The notes under the pieces were generated by a model. It worked only from the letters and a program-made list of their open reading frames with translations. It ran no database searches and was not told where the DNA came from. This document shows, in pieces, positions 1 to 14,300 of a stretch of 64,000 nt of DNA (positions within the stretch are counted from its first letter, which is position 1; the number at the start of each line of letters is the position of its first letter). Source of the stretch: Auanema rhodensis (Eukaryota; Animalia; Nematoda); contig OZ059897.1 of NCBI GenBank assembly GCA_964057225.1, positions 4,898,001 to 4,962,000 on the forward strand. Reading direction: 5' to 3'. The translations under genes were made by a program, and so were the position numbers.

Positions 1-377
1 AGTCATGGTTACCATGCACCAATATCAATAAAAATTTGTTTTTAGACTAATATGGACATGGGGAAACTAATTTTGAAAACCGCATCTCTTTATCTTTCAC
101 GTGAAGCAAGTCACATACCAAGTGCACATCACGTGCACATTTAATTAGCATAAATTAAAGTTCACGTAAATTTCAAACTCATGGTTACCATGCACCAATA
201 TCAATAAAAATTTGTTTTTAGACTAATATGGACATGGGGAATCTAATTTTGAAAACCGCATCTCTTTATCTTTCACGTGAAGTGAGTTACATACCAAGTG
301 CACATCACGTGTACATTTAATTAGCATAAATTAAAGTTCACGTAAATTTCAAAGTCATGGTTACCATGCACCAATAA

Positions 378-3300
378 CAATAAAAATTTGTTTTTAGACT
401 AATATGGACATGGGGAATCTAATTTTGAAAACCGCATCTCTTTATCTTTCACGTGAAGCGAGTTACATACCAAGTGCACATCACGTGTACATTTAATTAG
501 CATAAATTAAAGTTCACGTAAATTTCAAAGTCATGGTTACCATGCACCAATATCAATAAAAATTTGTTTTTAGACTAATATGGACATGGGGAATCTAATT
601 TTGAAAACCGCATCTCTTTATCTTTCACGTGAAGCGAGTTACATACCAAGTGCACATCACGTGTACATTTAATTAGCATAAATTAAAGTTCACGTACATT
701 TCAAAGTCATGGTTACCATGCACCAATATCAATAAAAATTTGTTTTTAGACTAATATGGTCATGGGGAATCTAATTTTGAAAACCGCATCTCTTTATCTT
801 TCACGTGAAGCAAGTCACATACCAAGTGCACATCACGTGCACATTTAATTAGCATAAATTAAAGTTCACGTAAATTTCAAACTCATGGTTACCATGCACC
901 AATATCAATAAAAATTTGTTTTTAGACTAATATGGACATGGGGAAACTAATTTTGAAAACCGCATCTCTTTATCTTTCACGTGAAGCAAGTCACATACCA
1001 AGTGCACATCACGTGCACATTTAATTAGCATAAATTAAAGTTCACGTAAATTTCAAACTCATGGTTACCATGCACCAATATCAATAAAAATTTGTTTTTA
1101 GACTAATATGGACATGGGGAATCTAATTTTGAAAACCGCATCTCTTTATCTTTCACGTGAAGTGAGTTACATACCAAGTGCACATCACGTGTACATTTAA
1201 TTAGCATAAATTAAAGTTCACGTAAATTTCAAAGTCATGGTTACCATGCACCAATAACAATAAAAATTTGTTTTTAGACTAATATGGACATGGGGAATCT
1301 AATTGTGAAAACCGCATCTCTTTATCTTTCACGTGAAGCAAGTTACATACCAAGTGCACATCACGTGCACATTTAATTAGCATAAATTAAAGTTCACGTA
1401 AATTTCAAAGTCATGGTTACCATGCACCAATATCAATAAAAATTTGTTTTTAGACTAATATGGACATGGGGAATCTAATTTTGAAAACCGCATCTCTTTA
1501 TCTTTCACGTGAAGCGAGTTACATACCAAGTGCACATCACGTGAACATTTAATTAGCATAAATTAAAGTTCACGTAAATTTCAAAGTCATGGTTACCATG
1601 CACGAATATCAATAAAAATTTGTTTTTAGACTAATATGGACATGGGGAATCTAATTTTGAAAACCGTATCTCTTTATCTTTCACGTGAAGTGAGTTACAT
1701 ACCAAGTGCACATCACGTGTACATTTAATTAGCATAAATTAAAGTTCACGTAAATTTCAAAGTCATGGTTACCATGCACCAATATCAATAAAAATTTGTT
1801 TTTAGACTAATATGGACATGGGGAATCTAATTTTGAAAACCGCATCTCTTTATCTTTCACGTGAAGCAAGTTACATACCAAGTGCACATCACGTGTACAT
1901 TTAATTAGCATAAATTAAAGTTCACGTAAATTTCAAAGTCATGGTTACCATGCACCAATATCAATAAAAATTTGTTTTTAGACTAATATGGACATGGGGA
2001 ATCTAATTTTGAAAACCGCATCTCTTTATCTTTCACGTGAAGCGAGTTACATACCAAGTGCACATCACGTGTACATTTAATTAGCATAAATTAAAGTTCA
2101 CGTAAATTTCAAAGTCATGGTTACCATGCACCAATATCAATAAAAATTTGTTTTTAGACTAATATGGACATGGGGAATCTAATTTTGAAAACCGCATCTC
2201 TTTATCTTTCACGTGAAGCAAGTTACATACCAAGTGCACATCACGTGTACATTTAATTAGCATAAATTAAAGTTCACGTAAATTTCAAAGTCATGGTTAC
2301 CATGCACCAATATCAATACAAATTTGGTTTTAGACTAATATGGACATGGGGAATCTAATTTTGAAAACCGCATCTCTTTATCTTTCACGTGAAGCAAGTT
2401 ACATACCAAGTGCACATCACGTGTACATTTAATTAGCATAAATTAAAGTTCACGTAAATTTCAAAGTCATGGTTACCATGCACCAATATCAATAAAAATT
2501 TGTTTTTAGACTAATATGGACATGGGGAATCTAATTTTGAAAACCGCATCTCTTTATCTTTCACGTGAAGCGAGTTACATACCAAGTGCACAGCACGTGT
2601 ACATTTAATTAGCATAAATTAAAGTTCACGTAAATTTCAAAGTCATGGTTACCATGCACCAATATCAATAAAAATTTGTTTTTAGACTAATATGGACATG
2701 GGGAATCTAATTTTGAAAACCGCATCTCTTTATCTTTCACGTGAAGCGAGTTACATACCAAGTGCACATCACGTGTACATTTAATTAGCATAAATTAAAG
2801 TTCACGTAAATTTCAAAGTCATGGTTACCATGCACCAATATCAATAAAAATTTGTTTTTAGACTAATATGGACATGGGGAATCTAATTTTGAAAACCGCA
2901 TCTCTTTATCTTTCACGTGAAGCGAGTTACATACCAAGTGCACATCACGTGTACATTTAATTAGCATAAATTAAAGTTCACGTAAATTTCAAAGTCATGG
3001 TTACCATGCACCAATATCAATAAAAATTTGTTTTTAGACTAATATGGACATGGGGAATCTAATTTTGAAAACCGCATCTCTTTATCTTTCACGTGAAGCG
3101 AGTTACATACCAAGTGCACATCACGTGTACATTTAATTAGCATAAATTAAAGTTCACGTAAATTTCAAAGTCATGGTTACCATGCACCAATATCAATAAA
3201 AATTTGTTTTTAGACTAATATGGACATGGGGAATCTAATTTTGAAAACCGCATCTCTTTATCTTTCACGTGAAGCGAGTTACATACCAAGTGCACATCAC

Positions 3301-6300
3301 GTGTACATTTAATTAGCATAAATTAAAGTTCACGTAAATTTCAAAGTCATGGTTACCATGCACCAATATCAATAAAAATTTGTTTTTAGACTAATATGGA
3401 CATGGGGAATCTAATTTTGAAAACCGCATCTCTTTATCTTTCACGTGAAGCGAGTTACATACCAAGTGCACATCACGTGTACATTTAATTAGCATAAATT
3501 AAAGTTCACGTAAATTTCAAAGTCATGGTTACCATGCACCAATATCAATAAAAATTTGTTTTTAGACTAATATGGACATGGGGAATCTAATTTTGAAAAC
3601 CGCATCTCTTTATCTTTCACGTGAAGTGAGTTACATACCAAGTGCACATCACGTGTACATTTAATTAGCATAAATTAAAGTTCACGTAAATTTCAAAGTC
3701 ATGGTTACCATGCACCAATATCAATAAAAATTTGTTTTTAGACTAATATGGACATGGGGAATCTAATTTTGAAAACCGCATCTCTTTATCTTTCACGTGA
3801 AGCGAGTTACATACCAAGTGCACATCACGTGTACATTTAATTAGCATAAATTAAAGTTCACGTAAATTTCAAAGTCATGGTTACCATGCACCAATATCAA
3901 TAAAAATTTGTTTTTAGACTAATATGGACATGGGGAATCTAATTTTGAAAACCGCATCTCTTTATCTTTCACGTGAAGCGAGTTACATACCAAGTGCACA
4001 TCACGTGTACATTTAATTAGCATAAATTAAAGTTCACGTAAATTTCAAAGTCATGGTTACCATGCACCAATATCAATAAAAATTTGTTTTTAGACTAATA
4101 TGGACATGGGGAATCTAATTTTGAAAACCGCATCTCTTTATCTTTCACGTGAAGCGAGTTACATACCAAGTGCACATCACGTGTACATTTAATTAGCATA
4201 AATTAAAGTTCACGTAAATTTCAAAGTCATGGTTACCATGCACCAATATCAATAAAAATTTGTTTTTAGACTAATATGGACATGGGGAATCTAATTTTGA
4301 AAACCGCATCTCTTTATCTTTCACGTGAAGCGAGTTACATACCAAGTGCACATCACGTGTACATTTAATTAGCATAAATTAAAGTTCACGTAAATTTCAA
4401 AGTCATGGTTACCATGCACCAATATCAATAAAAATTTGTTTTTAGACTAATATGGACATGGGGAATCTAATTTTGAAAACCGCATCTCTTTATCTTTCAC
4501 GTGAAGCGAGTTACATACCAAGTGCACATCACGTGTACATTTAATTAGCATAAATTAAAGTTCACGTACATTTCAAAGTCATGGTTACCATGCACCAATA
4601 TCAATAAAAATTTGTTTTTAGACTAATATGGTCATGGGGAATCTAATTTTGAAAACCGCATCTCTTTATCTTTCACGTGAAGCAAGTCACATACCAAGTG
4701 CACATCACGTGCACATTTAATTAGCATAAATTAAAGTTCACGTAAATTTCAAACTCATGGTTACCATGCACCAATATCAATAAAAATTTGTTTTTAGACT
4801 AATATGGACATGGGGAAACTAATTTTGAAAACCGCATCTCTTTATCTTTCACGTGAAGCAAGTCACATACCAAGTGCACATCACGTGCACATTTAATTAG
4901 CATAAATTAAAGTTCACGTAAATTTCAAACTCATGGTTACCATGCACCAATATCAATAAAAATTTGTTTTTAGACTAATATGGACATGGGGAATCTAATT
5001 TTGAAAACCGCATCTCTTTATCTTTCACGTGAAGTGAGTTACATACCAAGTGCACATCACGTGTACATTTAATTAGCATAAATTAAAGTTCACGTAAATT
5101 TCAAAGTCATGGTTACCATGCACCAATAACAATAAAAATTTGTTTTTAGACTAATATGGACATGGGGAATCTAATTGTGAAAACCGCATCTCTTTATCTT
5201 TCACGTGAAGCAAGTTACATACCAAGTGCACATCACGTGCACATTTAATTAGCATAAATTAAAGTTCACGTAAATTTCAAAGTCATGGTTACCATGCACC
5301 AATATCAATAAAAATTTGTTTTTAGACTAATATGGACATGGGGAATCTAATTTTGAAAACCGCATCTCTTTATCTTTCACGTGAAGCGAGTTACATACCA
5401 AGTGCACATCACGTGAACATTTAATTAGCATAAATTAAAGTTCACGTAAATTTCAAAGTCATGGTTACCATGCACGAATATCAATAAAAATTTGTTTTTA
5501 GACTAATATGGACATGGGGAATCTAATTTTGAAAACCGTATCTCTTTATCTTTCACGTGAAGTGAGTTACATACCAAGTGCACATCACGTGTACATTTAA
5601 TTAGCATAAATTAAAGTTCACGTAAATTTCAAAGTCATGGTTACCATGCACCAATATCAATAAAAATTTGTTTTTAGACTAATATGGACATGGGGAATCT
5701 AATTTTGAAAACCGCATCTCTTTATCTTTCACGTGAAGCAAGTTACATACCAAGTGCACATCACGTGTACATTTAATTAGCATAAATTAAAGTTCACGTA
5801 AATTTCAAAGTCATGGTTACCATGCACCAATATCAATAAAAATTTGTTTTTAGACTAATATGGACATGGGGAATCTAATTTTGAAAACCGCATCTCTTTA
5901 TCTTTCACGTGAAGCGAGTTACATACCAAGTGCACATCACGTGTACATTTAATTAGCATAAATTAAAGTTCACGTAAATTTCAAAGTCATGGTTACCATG
6001 CACCAATATCAATAAAAATTTGTTTTTAGACTAATATGGACATGGGGAATCTAATTTTGAAAACCGCATCTCTTTATCTTTCACGTGAAGCAAGTTACAT
6101 ACCAAGTGCACATCACGTGTACATTTAATTAGCATAAATTAAAGTTCACGTAAATTTCAAAGTCATGGTTACCATGCACCAATATCAATACAAATTTGGT
6201 TTTAGACTAATATGGACATGGGGAATCTAATTTTGAAAACCGCATCTCTTTATCTTTCACGTGAAGCAAGTTACATACCAAGTGCACATCACGTGTACAT

Positions 6301-8378
6301 TTAATTAGCATAAATTAAAGTTCACGTAAATTTCAAAGTCATGGTTACCATGCACCAATATCAATAAAAATTTGTTTTTAGACTAATATGGACATGGGGA
6401 ATCTAATTTTGAAAACCGCATCTCTTTATCTTTCACGTGAAGCGAGTTACATACCAAGTGCACAGCACGTGTACATTTAATTAGCATAAATTAAAGTTCA
6501 CGTAAATTTCAAAGTCATGGTTACCATGCACCAATATCAATAAAAATTTGTTTTTAGACTAATATGGACATGGGGAATCTAATTTTGAAAACCGCATCTC
6601 TTTATCTTTCACGTGAAGCGAGTTACATACCAAGTGCACATCACGTGTACATTTAATTAGCATAAATTAAAGTTCACGTAAATTTCAAAGTCATGGTTAC
6701 CATGCACCAATATCAATAAAAATTTGTTTTTAGACTAATATGGACATGGGGAATCTAATTTTGAAAACCGCATCTCTTTATCTTTCACGTGAAGCGAGTT
6801 ACATACCAAGTGCACATCACGTGTACATTTAATTAGCATAAATTAAAGTTCACGTAAATTTCAAAGTCATGGTTACCATGCACCAATATCAATAAAAATT
6901 TGTTTTTAGACTAATATGGACATGGGGAATCTAATTTTGAAAACCGCATCTCTTTATCTTTCACGTGAAGCGAGTTACATACCAAGTGCACATCACGTGT
7001 ACATTTAATTAGCATAAATTAAAGTTCACGTAAATTTCAAAGTCATGGTTACCATGCACCAATATCAATAAAAATTTGTTTTTAGACTAATATGGACATG
7101 GGGAATCTAATTTTGAAAACCGCATCTCTTTATCTTTCACGTGAAGCGAGTTACATACCAAGTGCACATCACGTGTACATTTAATTAGCATAAATTAAAG
7201 TTCACGTAAATTTCAAAGTCATGGTTACCATGCACCAATATCAATAAAAATTTGTTTTTAGACTAATATGGACATGGGGAATCTAATTTTGAAAACCGCA
7301 TCTCTTTATCTTTCACGTGAAGCGAGTTACATACCAAGTGCACATCACGTGTACATTTAATTAGCATAAATTAAAGTTCACGTAAATTTCAAAGTCATGG
7401 TTACCATGCACCAATATCAATAAAAATTTGTTTTTAGACTAATATGGACATGGGGAATCTAATTTTGAAAACCGCATCTCTTTATCTTTCACGTGAAGTG
7501 AGTTACATACCAAGTGCACATCACGTGTACATTTAATTAGCATAAATTAAAGTTCACGTAAATTTCAAAGTCATGGTTACCATGCACCAATATCAATAAA
7601 AATTTGTTTTTAGACTAATATGGACATGGGGAATCTAATTTTGAAAACCGCATCTCTTTATCTTTCACGTGAAGCGAGTTACATACCAAGTGCACATCAC
7701 GTGTACATTTAATTAGCATAAATTAAAGTTCACGTAAATTTCAAAGTCATGGTTACCATGCACCAATATCAATAAAAATTTGTTTTTAGACTAATATGGA
7801 CATGGGGAATCTAATTTTGAAAACCGCATCTCTTTATCTTTCACGTGAAGCGAGTTACATACCAAGTGCACATCACGTGTACATTTAATTAGCATAAATT
7901 AAAGTTCACGTAAATTTCAAAGTCATGGTTACCATGCACCAATATCAATAAAAATTTGTTTTTAGACTAATATGGACATGGGGAATCTAATTTTGAAAAC
8001 CGCATCTCTTTATCTTTCACGTGAAGCGAGTTACATACCAAGTGCACATCACGTGTACATTTAATTAGCATAAATTAAAGTTCACGTAAATTTCAAAGTC
8101 ATGGTTACCATGCACCAATATCAATAAAAATTTGTTTTTAGACTAATATGGACATGGGGAATCTAATTTTGAAAACCGCATCTCTTTATCTTTCACGTGA
8201 AGCGAGTTACATACCAAGTGCACATCACGTGTACATTTAATTAGCATAAATTAAAGTTCACGTAAATTTCAAAGTCATGGTTACCATGCACCAATATCAA
8301 TAAAAATTTGTTTTTAGACTAATATGGACATGGGGAATCTAATTTTGAAAACCGCATCTCTTTATCTTTCACGTGAAG
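378..8378. repeat. 22-monomer (3,872-bp) higher-order tandem duplication
   Basis: Rare variants pair at offset 3,872: 697/4569, 1604/5476, 1667/5539, 2319/6191, 2593/6465, 3627/7499. Confidence 0.9.
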
Positions 8379-11300
8379 TGAGTTACATACCAAGTGCACA
8401 TCACGTGTACATTTAATTAGCATAAATTAAAGTTCACGTAAATTTCAAAGTCATGGTTACCATGCACCAATATCAATAAAAATTTGTTTTTAGACTAATA
8501 TGGACATGGGGAATCTAATTTTGAAAACCGCATCTCTTTATCTTTCACGTGAAGCGAGTTACATACCAAGTGCACATCACGTGTACATTTAATTAGCATA
8601 AATTAAAGTTCACGTAAATTTCAAAGTCATGGTTACCATGCACCAATATCAATAAAAATTTGTTTTTAGACTAATATGGACATGGGGAAACTAATTTTGA
8701 AAACTGCATCTCTTTATCTTTCACGTGAAGCAAGTCACATACCAAGTGCACATCACGTGCACATTTAATTAGCATAAATTAAAGTTCACGTAAATTTCAA
8801 ACTCATGGTTACCATGCACCAATATCAATAAAAATTTGTTTTTAGACTAATATGGACATGGGGAATCTAATTTTAAAAACCGCATCTCTTCATCTTTCAC
8901 GTGAAGCAAGTTACATACCAAGTGCACAGCACGTGTACATTTAATTAGCATAAATTAAAGTTCACGTAAATTTCAAAGTCATGGTTACCATGCACCAATA
9001 TCAATAAAAATTTGTTTTTAGACTAATATGGACATGGGGAATCTAATTTTGAAAACCGCATCTCTTTATCTTTCACGTGAAGCGAGTTACATACCAAGTG
9101 CACATCACGTGTACATTTAATTAGCATAAATTAAAGTTCACGTAAATTTCAAAGTCATGGTTACCATGCACCAATATCAATAAAAATTTGTTTTTAGACT
9201 AATATGGACATGGGGAATCTAATTTTGAAAACCGCATCTCTTTATCTTTCACGTGAAGCGAGTTACATACCAAGTGCACATCACGTGTACATTTAATTAG
9301 CATAAATTAAAGTTCACGTAAATTTCAAACTCATGGTTACCATGCACCAATATCAATAAAAATTTGTTTTTAGACTAATATGGACATGGGGAAACTAATT
9401 TTGAAAACCGCATCTCTTTATCTTTCACGTGAAGCAAGTCACATACCAAGTGCACATCACGTGCACATTTAATTAGCATAAATTAAAGTTCACGTAAATT
9501 TCAAACTCATGGTTACCATGCACCAATATCAATAAAAATTTGTTTTTAGACTAATATGGACATGGGGAATCTAATTTTGAAAACCGCATCTCTTTATCTT
9601 TCACGTGAAGTGAGTTACATACCAAGTGCACATCACGTGTACATTTAATTAGCATAAATTAAAGTTCACGTAAATTTCAAAGTCATGGTTACCATGCACC
9701 AATAACAATAAAAATTTGTTTTTAGACTAATATGGACATGGGGAATCTAATTGTGAAAACCGCATCTCTTTATCTTTCACGTGAAGCAAGTTACATACCA
9801 AGTGCACATCACGTGCACATTTAATTAGCATAAATTAAAGTTCACGTAAATTTCAAAGTCATGGTTACCATGCACCAATATCAATAAAAATTTGTTTTTA
9901 GACTAATATGGACATGGGGAATCTAATTGTGAAAACCGCATCTCTTTATCTTTCACGTGAAGCAAGTTACATACCAAGTGCACATCACGTGCACATTTAA
10001 TTAGCATAAATTAAAGTTCACGTAAATTTCAAAGTCATGGTTACCATGCACCAATATCAATAAAAATTTGTTTTTAGACTAATATGGACATGGGGAATCT
10101 AATTTTAAAAACCGCATCTCTTCATCTTTCACGTGAAGCAAGTTACATACCAAGTGCACAGCACGTGTACATTTAATTAGCATAAATTAAAGTTCACGTA
10201 AATTTCAAAGTCATGGTTACCATGCACCAATATCAATAAAAATTTGTTTTTAGACTAATATGGACATGGGGAATCTAATTTTGAAAACCGCATCTCTTTA
10301 TCTTTCACGTGAAGCGAGTTACATACCAAGTGCACATCACGTGTACATTTAATTAGCATAAATTAAAGTTCACGTAAATTTCAAAGTCATGGTTACCATG
10401 CACCAATATCAATAAAAATTTGTTTTTAGACTAATATGGACATGGGGAATCTAATTTTGAAAACCGCATCTCTTTATCTTTCACGTGAAGCGAGTTACAT
10501 ACCAAGTGCACATCACGTGTACATTTAATTAGCATAAATTAAAGTTCACGTAAATTTCAAACTCATGGTTACCATGCACCAATATCAATAAAAATTTGTT
10601 TTTAGACTAATATGGACATGGGGAAACTAATTTTGAAAACCGCATCTCTTTATCTTTCACGTGAAGCAAGTCACATACCAAGTGCACATCACGTGCACAT
10701 TTAATTAGCATAAATTAAAGTTCACGTAAATTTCAAACTCATGGTTACCATGCACCAATATCAATAAAAATTTGTTTTTAGACTAATATGGACATGGGGA
10801 ATCTAATTTTGAAAACCGCATCTCTTTATCTTTCACGTGAAGTGAGTTACATACCAAGTGCACATCACGTGTACATTTAATTAGCATAAATTAAAGTTCA
10901 CGTAAATTTCAAAGTCATGGTTACCATGCACCAATAACAATAAAAATTTGTTTTTAGACTAATATGGACATGGGGAATCTAATTGTGAAAACCGCATCTC
11001 TTTATCTTTCACGTGAAGCAAGTTACATACCAAGTGCACATCACGTGCACATTTAATTAGCATAAATTAAAGTTCACGTAAATTTCAAAGTCATGGTTAC
11101 CATGCACCAATATCAATAAAAATTTGTTTTTAGACTAATATGGACATGGGGAATCTAATTTTGAAAACCGCATCTCTTTATCTTTCACGTGAAGCGAGTT
11201 ACATACCAAGTGCACATCACGTGAACATTTAATTAGCATAAATTAAAGTTCACGTAAATTTCAAAGTCATGGTTACCATGCACCAATATCAATAAAAATT

Positions 11301-14300
11301 TGTTTTTAGACTAATATGGACATGGGGAATCTAATTTTGAAAACCGCATCTCTTTATCTTTCACGTGAAGTGAGTTACATACCAAGTGCACATCACGTGT
11401 ACATTTAATTAGCATAAATTAAAGTTCACGTAAATTTCAAAGTCATGGTTACCATGCACCAATATCAATAAAAATTTGTTTTTAGACTAATATGGACATG
11501 GGGAATCTAATTTTGAAAACCGCATCTCTTTATCTTTCACGTGAAGCAAGTTACATACCAAGTGCACATCACGTGTACATTTAATTAGCATAAATTAAAG
11601 TTCACGTAAATTTCAAAGTCATGGTTACCATGCACCAATATCAATAAAAATTTGTTTTTAGACTAATATGGACATGGGGAATCTAATTTTGAAAACCGCA
11701 TCTCTTTATCTTTCACGTGAAGCGAGTTACATACCAAGTGCACATCACGTGTACATTTAATTAGCATAAATTAAAGTTCACGTAAATTTCAAAGTCATGG
11801 TTACCATGCACCAATATCAATAAAAATTTGTTTTTAGACTAATATGGACATGGGGAATCTAATTTTGAAAACCGCATCTCTTTATCTTTCACGTGAAGCA
11901 AGTTACATACCAAGTGCACATCACGTGTACATTTAATTAGCATAAATTAAAGTTCACGTAAATTTCAAAGTCATGGTTACCATGCACCAATATCAATACA
12001 AATTTGGTTTTAGACTAATATGGACATGGGGAATCTAATTTTGAAAACCGCATCTCTTTATCTTTCACGTGAAGCAAGTTACATACCAAGTGCACATCAC
12101 GTGTACATTTAATTAGCATAAATTAAAGTTCACGTAAATTTCAAAGTCATGGTTACCATGCACCAATATCAATAAAAATTTGTTTTTAGACTAATATGGA
12201 CATGGGGAATCTAATTTTGAAAACCGCATCTCTTTATCTTTCACGTGAAGCGAGTTACATACCAAGTGCACATCACGTGTACATTTAATTAGCATAAATT
12301 AAAGTTCACGTAAATTTCAAAGTCATGGTTACCATGCACCAATATCAATAAAAATTTGTTTTTAGACTAATATGGACATGGGGAATCTAATTTTGAAAAC
12401 CGCATCTCTTTATCTTTCACGTGAAGCGAGTTACATACCAAGTGCACATCACGTGTACATTTAATTAGCATAAATTAAAGTTCACGTAAATTTCAAAGTC
12501 ATGGTTACCATGCACCAATATCAATAAAAATTTGTTTTTAGACTAATATGGACATGGGGAATCTAATTTTGAAAACCGCATCTCTTTATCTTTCACGTGA
12601 AGCGAGTTACATACCAAGTGCACATCACGTGTACATTTAATTAGCATAAATTAAAGTTCACGTCAATTTCAAAGTCATGGTTACCATGCACCAATATCAA
12701 TAAAAATTTGTTTTTAGACTAATATGGACATGGGGAAACTAATTTTGAAAACCGCATCGCTTTATCTTTCACGTGAAGCAAGTCACATACCAAGTGCACA
12801 TCACGTGCACATTTAATTAGCATAAATTAAAGTTCACGTAAATTTCAAACTCATGGTTACCATGCACCAATATCAATAAAAATTTGTTTTTAGACTAATA
12901 TGGACATGGGGAATCTAATTTTGAAAACCGCATCTCTTTATCTTTCACGTGAAGTGAGTTACATACCAAGTGCACATCACGTGTACATTTAATTAGCATA
13001 AATTAAAGTTCACGTAAATTTCAAAGTCATGGTTACCATGCACCAATAACAATAAAAATTTGTTTTTAGACTAATATGGACATGGGGAATCTAATTTTGA
13101 AAACCGCATCTCTTTATCTTTCACGTGAAGCGAGTTACATACCAAGTGCACATCACGTGTACATTTAATTAGCATAAATTAAAGTTCACGTAAATTTCAA
13201 AGTCATGGTTACCATGCACCAATATCAATAAAAATTTGTTTTTAGACTAATATGGACATGGGGAATCTAATTTTGAAAACCGCATCTCTTTATCTTTCAC
13301 GTGAAGCGAGTTACATACCAAGTGCACATCACGTGTACATTTAATTAGCATAAATTAAAGTTCACGTAAATTTCAAAGTCATGGTTACCATGCACCAATA
13401 TCAATAAAAATTTGTTTTTAGACTAATATGGTCATGGGGAATCTAATTTTGAAAACCGCATCTCTTTATCTTTCACGTGAAGCAAGTCACATACCAAGTG
13501 CACATCACGTGCACATTTAATTAGCATAAATTAAAGTTCACGTAAATTTCAAACTCATGGTTACCATGCACCAATATCAATAAAAATTTGTTTTTAGACT
13601 AATATGGACATGGGGAAACTAATTTTGAAAACCGCATCTCTTTATCTTTCACGTGAAGCAAGTCACATACCAAGTGCACATCACGTGCACATTTAATTAG
13701 CATAAATTAAAGTTCACGTAAATTTCAAACTCATGGTTACCATGCACCAATATCAATAAAAATTTGTTTTTAGACTAATATGGACATGGGGAATCTAATT
13801 TTGAAAACCGCATCTCTTTATCTTTCACGTGAAGTGAGTTACATACCAAGTGCACATCACGTGTACATTTAATTAGCATAAATTAAAGTTCACGTAAATT
13901 TCAAAGTCATGGTTACCATGCACCAATATCAATAAAAATTTGTTTTTAGACTAATATGGACATGGGGAAACTAATTTTGAAAACCGCATCTCTTTATCTT
14001 TCACGTGAAGCAAGTCACATACCAAGTGCACATCACGTGCACATTTAATTAGCATAAATTAAAGTTCACGTAAATTTCAAACTCATGGTTACCATGCACC
14101 AATATCAATAAAAATTTGTTTTTAGACTAATATGGACATGGGGAATCTAATTTTGAAAACCGCATCTCTTTATCTTTCACGTGAAGTGAGTTACATACCA
14201 AGTGCACATCACGTGTACATTTAATTAGCATAAATTAAAGTTCACGTAAATTTCAAAGTCATGGTTACCATGCACCAATATCAATAAAAATTTGTTTTTA

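Noticed and set aside
128-135. ATCACGTG matches budding-yeast CDEI (RTCACRTG)
   Set aside because: There is no CDEII/CDEIII organisation and the context is a metazoan-type satellite with a CR1-like LINE, so it is treated only as an E-box.
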